Shown: piece by piece, positions 60,860 through 64,000 of the stretch
How the letters are laid out: each line of letters opens with the position of its first letter
How positions within the stretch are numbered: the stretch's first letter is position 1
Assembly (NCBI GenBank): GCA_963693365.1
Contig: CAVNZM010000006.1
Location: forward strand, 5,559,264-5,623,263
From: Amoebidium appalachense
Taxonomy: Eukaryota; Protista; Ichthyosporea
Direction of reading: 5' to 3'
DNA: 64,000 nt
Notes under the pieces: generated by a model
What the model saw: only the letters and a program-made list of their open reading frames with translations
Database searches by the model: none
What the model was told of the DNA's origin: nothing
Translations under genes and position numbers: made by a program

Positions 60860-60908
60860 GCGCGTGCATGCGCCCACGCACGTGTCTTTGTTGTTTTTTT
60901 TTTTTTTT

Positions 60909-60939
<31 letters not shown>

Positions 60940-61153
60940 GGGGGGGATGGATTCAGGAACGTCTGTGTTATAACTGTATAGCAGAACGCAGAAAAGAAAA
61001 AGAGCTATTGATACAATCCCATACCATCGTGCGAATGGCATTGGTGCACAAGATTTTCACATAACTTAAACTATACATAGCTGCATCTCTGGAGGCAACA
61101 AATAAATTTATAAGTGCAACTGATAGTGTCCAAGAGTTTCCGGATCTATATTA

Positions 61154-61200
<47 letters not shown>

Positions 61201-61924
61201 CTCCTCTTTTCCTGCCAAAGCCTCCTCCCTTTCTTCCTGCATTTATTGTGTGGACTTATGGGAACTGTGAATACACACGCCACAATCCCCTTTTCCCCTC
61301 CTTTAGAAGCATTCAAAGTTTATCCTCGTGCAGAATAATATATGACAAGGTGGTGATATACGCAAACGAGATATTCGGCTGGATAATAGTCTATGGTCGA
61401 TATTAGTGTAACCCCATCTAAATGTCATAATGGTACGATATTGCAATTAGTAATGACGTCATATGTGGTGTGCAGATTCTGATTCTGTCCCTTGGCAACG
61501 AGAAGAGTTGCGTTATCCTTCAATTTCGAGAGCGAACGTTCCGAGGAGCGTAGTTTCAGGGTGGCCTGTGATGTTCTCTTATTGGCATGGTAAAAAGAGG
61601 AAAGAACATGGCAGATCACTTATTCACTAAATAAAAGCAGTGTTTATTGTGGGCCTCGAGCGGTTGCTTGTTAAGTCCCCTGGTATACACGAATATACCG
61701 TAAGGACACACGTAGATGTATGAAGTGAACATCTAGGTTGGCTACTTTTGAGCGCATAGGCATACACCACACTGAGAGCATTATCCTTGAATTCGATATC
61801 AGACGTGTATTGGTCTCTCAAATCGACTAGGTAGGAAGGAATGTCTCTTTAGCCCAACAACGGTGTAATCTACCATCCCTTAGCACCCAATGTTTTACTG
61901 GATTAATAGGACAAAGCAGCAAAG

Positions 61925-62291
61925 ATGGCTGAAAGTCGCAGCGAATTGGACGTTGCAGAAGGGTTTGTGAGCTCCGAAACACCCGCAGAGACCGACGATT
62001 TAGGAACCACAACCCCACCATACAGAACAAGCAGGCCAGGAACACCAAGCATCCCAAGCAACCATGCAAGTTCAAGCGACCTGGAAAACTTTGGTAGTAG
62101 TGGAAAGGTATTGAGATCTACATCCATCACTGGTGTGGGTTCCAGGACAACGGGTGACATGCCCGCTTTGCAGACCAATAATCCATTGTCCAGAAAATTG
62201 AACAAGATACTCAATCTTCGGCTCGACCAGGATAAGGTAGGGTTTTCTGTTTTCTATAAGCTGCAAACTTCACGTACAACTCACTCTTGTT

Positions 62292-62385
<94 letters not shown>

Positions 62386-62432
62386 CGTTAAACAAGCAGA
62401 GGGGCACTTGCAAATGGTGGTTTTTTTTGTTT

Positions 62433-62480
<48 letters not shown>

Positions 62481-62644
62481 GGGGAGTGGGAGAGTGGGAG
62501 AAGAGGGGGCAGGGGCGGCGGGGGGGGGGGGGGGGGGGGGGGGAAGGTGGAGGGAGGAGGGCGGGCATGGGAGAGGGAGGGATGTGGGAAGAGGAAGGGA
62601 ATTGGGACGGGGAAGTGAGATTGAGAGAAGGGGTGGGGGGTGGG

Positions 62645-62675
<31 letters not shown>

Positions 62676-62891
62676 GGGGGGGGTAGGTGGCTGGGTTTGC
62701 AGAAGGTTGAGGGATACGGGCAGAATGGGGTATTGGGGGGAGTGGGTTTTTCCCTTTTTTTTTGGGGGGGGGGGGGAGGGGGGGAGGGGGGAGGGAGGGG
62801 GGAGGGGAAGGGAGGAGGTGGGCTGTGAACTGTTTTACTCGAACGGTTGCTTGTGCAACTTCTAGCCAATCTTGAGAGATTGCTTATGCAG

Positions 62892-62923
<32 letters not shown>

Positions 62924-63227
62924 CCCCCCCGGCCCTGTCTATTTTCAATCTTCTTCTTTCGTTAAGTTTTTGATGCTCCCCCTCCCCCCTCCCACCCCCC
63001 TTTTTCGCCCGGGATGAGGGGGGGGGGGGGGGGGGGGGGGGATTGATCGCTGGTTTGTGTGTTTTTATGACGGTTTGTGTTTTTTGTTGTGCCTTGTGTT
63101 GTGTGTTTCTTTCAACCCCTCTGATGCATAAAAACCCTTCCCCTCTCCCCTTCCCCCCCCCCCCCCCCCCCCGCCCGCCCGCGTGCGCGCGCACACACAC
63201 ACACACACGCACACACACACACACACG

Positions 63228-63270
<43 letters not shown>

Positions 63271-63534
63271 TTTTTTCCCCCCTGCAGGAGGTTGTTGAAG
63301 CCCTGAAAGCCCTTTCCAAGTTCTACACAGATAATACGCTTAAAGCACGGAGAAACCTGAGGAGCGATATAGAGGTAAGGATCGGTTGGTTTTTTGGGGG
63401 GGCTTCGGGGTGCTGTTTTATTTCCTTTTTACGTTGTGTTCTTGGGTGGTATCGTGATTATTGTGGACCAGTTTCCGTGTGTGCTTTTCATGTGGAAAGA
63501 AAGGAGGTGAGGGATGTTGGTGCTCGCATGTGCG

Positions 63535-63606
<72 letters not shown>

Positions 63607-63689
63607 CAGGCACACACATACACACACACTTACAGGCACACATACATACACACAGGCACACACACACACACACACACACACCCGTACAG

Positions 63690-63734
<45 letters not shown>

Positions 63735-63757
63735 CCACCCGCCCGCTCCCCCCCCCC

Positions 63758-63856
<99 letters not shown>

Positions 63857-63981
63857 CACACATTTTGCCCTCCCGATACATTCAATACATTCAACACTGT
63901 ACACTGACTCATCTTCAAATGCAGCGACGAAGTCTGGAGGTGAACTATGAATTCCTAGAGGCATTCGAAATGGTCAAAAAG
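61925..63981 (+). CDS. COG6: Conserved oligomeric Golgi complex subunit 6, 5' exons (gene continues past the window)
   Basis: Exons 61925-62236, 63288-63374, 63925-63981 join to [67 protein letters not shown], the characteristic COG6 N-terminal block. Confidence 0.93.
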
Positions 63982-64000
63982 GTGAGGTGCCTTTATACCC

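Overview
Eukaryotic (opisthokont, plausibly a unicellular holozoan or early-diverging fungus; inference) genomic window saturated with (CA)n/(GT)n, (GA)n/(CT)n and poly-C/poly-G tracts, so most ORF-track entries are repeat noise. Splicing GT-AG exons by hand gives five host genes: a class C-like 7TM receptor with a sugar/solute-binding-protein ectodomain (+), a membrane-anchored PIG-L/LmbE-type deacetylase (+), an LtrA-family membrane protein with a probable C-terminal SAM-like domain (-), ESCRT-I MVB12 (+) and the 5' part of COG6 (+). There is also an intronless trypsin-like pseudogene. Mobile DNA: two near-identical APE-RT LINE copies (one full-length, one 5'-truncated), a tyrosine-recombinase element with split direct repeats but no RT, a solo LTR inserted in its recombinase, and two copies of a small MITE. 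Best leads: (1) the LINE continues ~196 bp past its poly(A) and carries group I ribozyme-like core motifs at both termini in permuted order; (2) the RT-less gag-like+YR element; (3) introns in which (CA)n replaces the polypyrimidine tract. Exon boundaries were read by eye and some are approximate.
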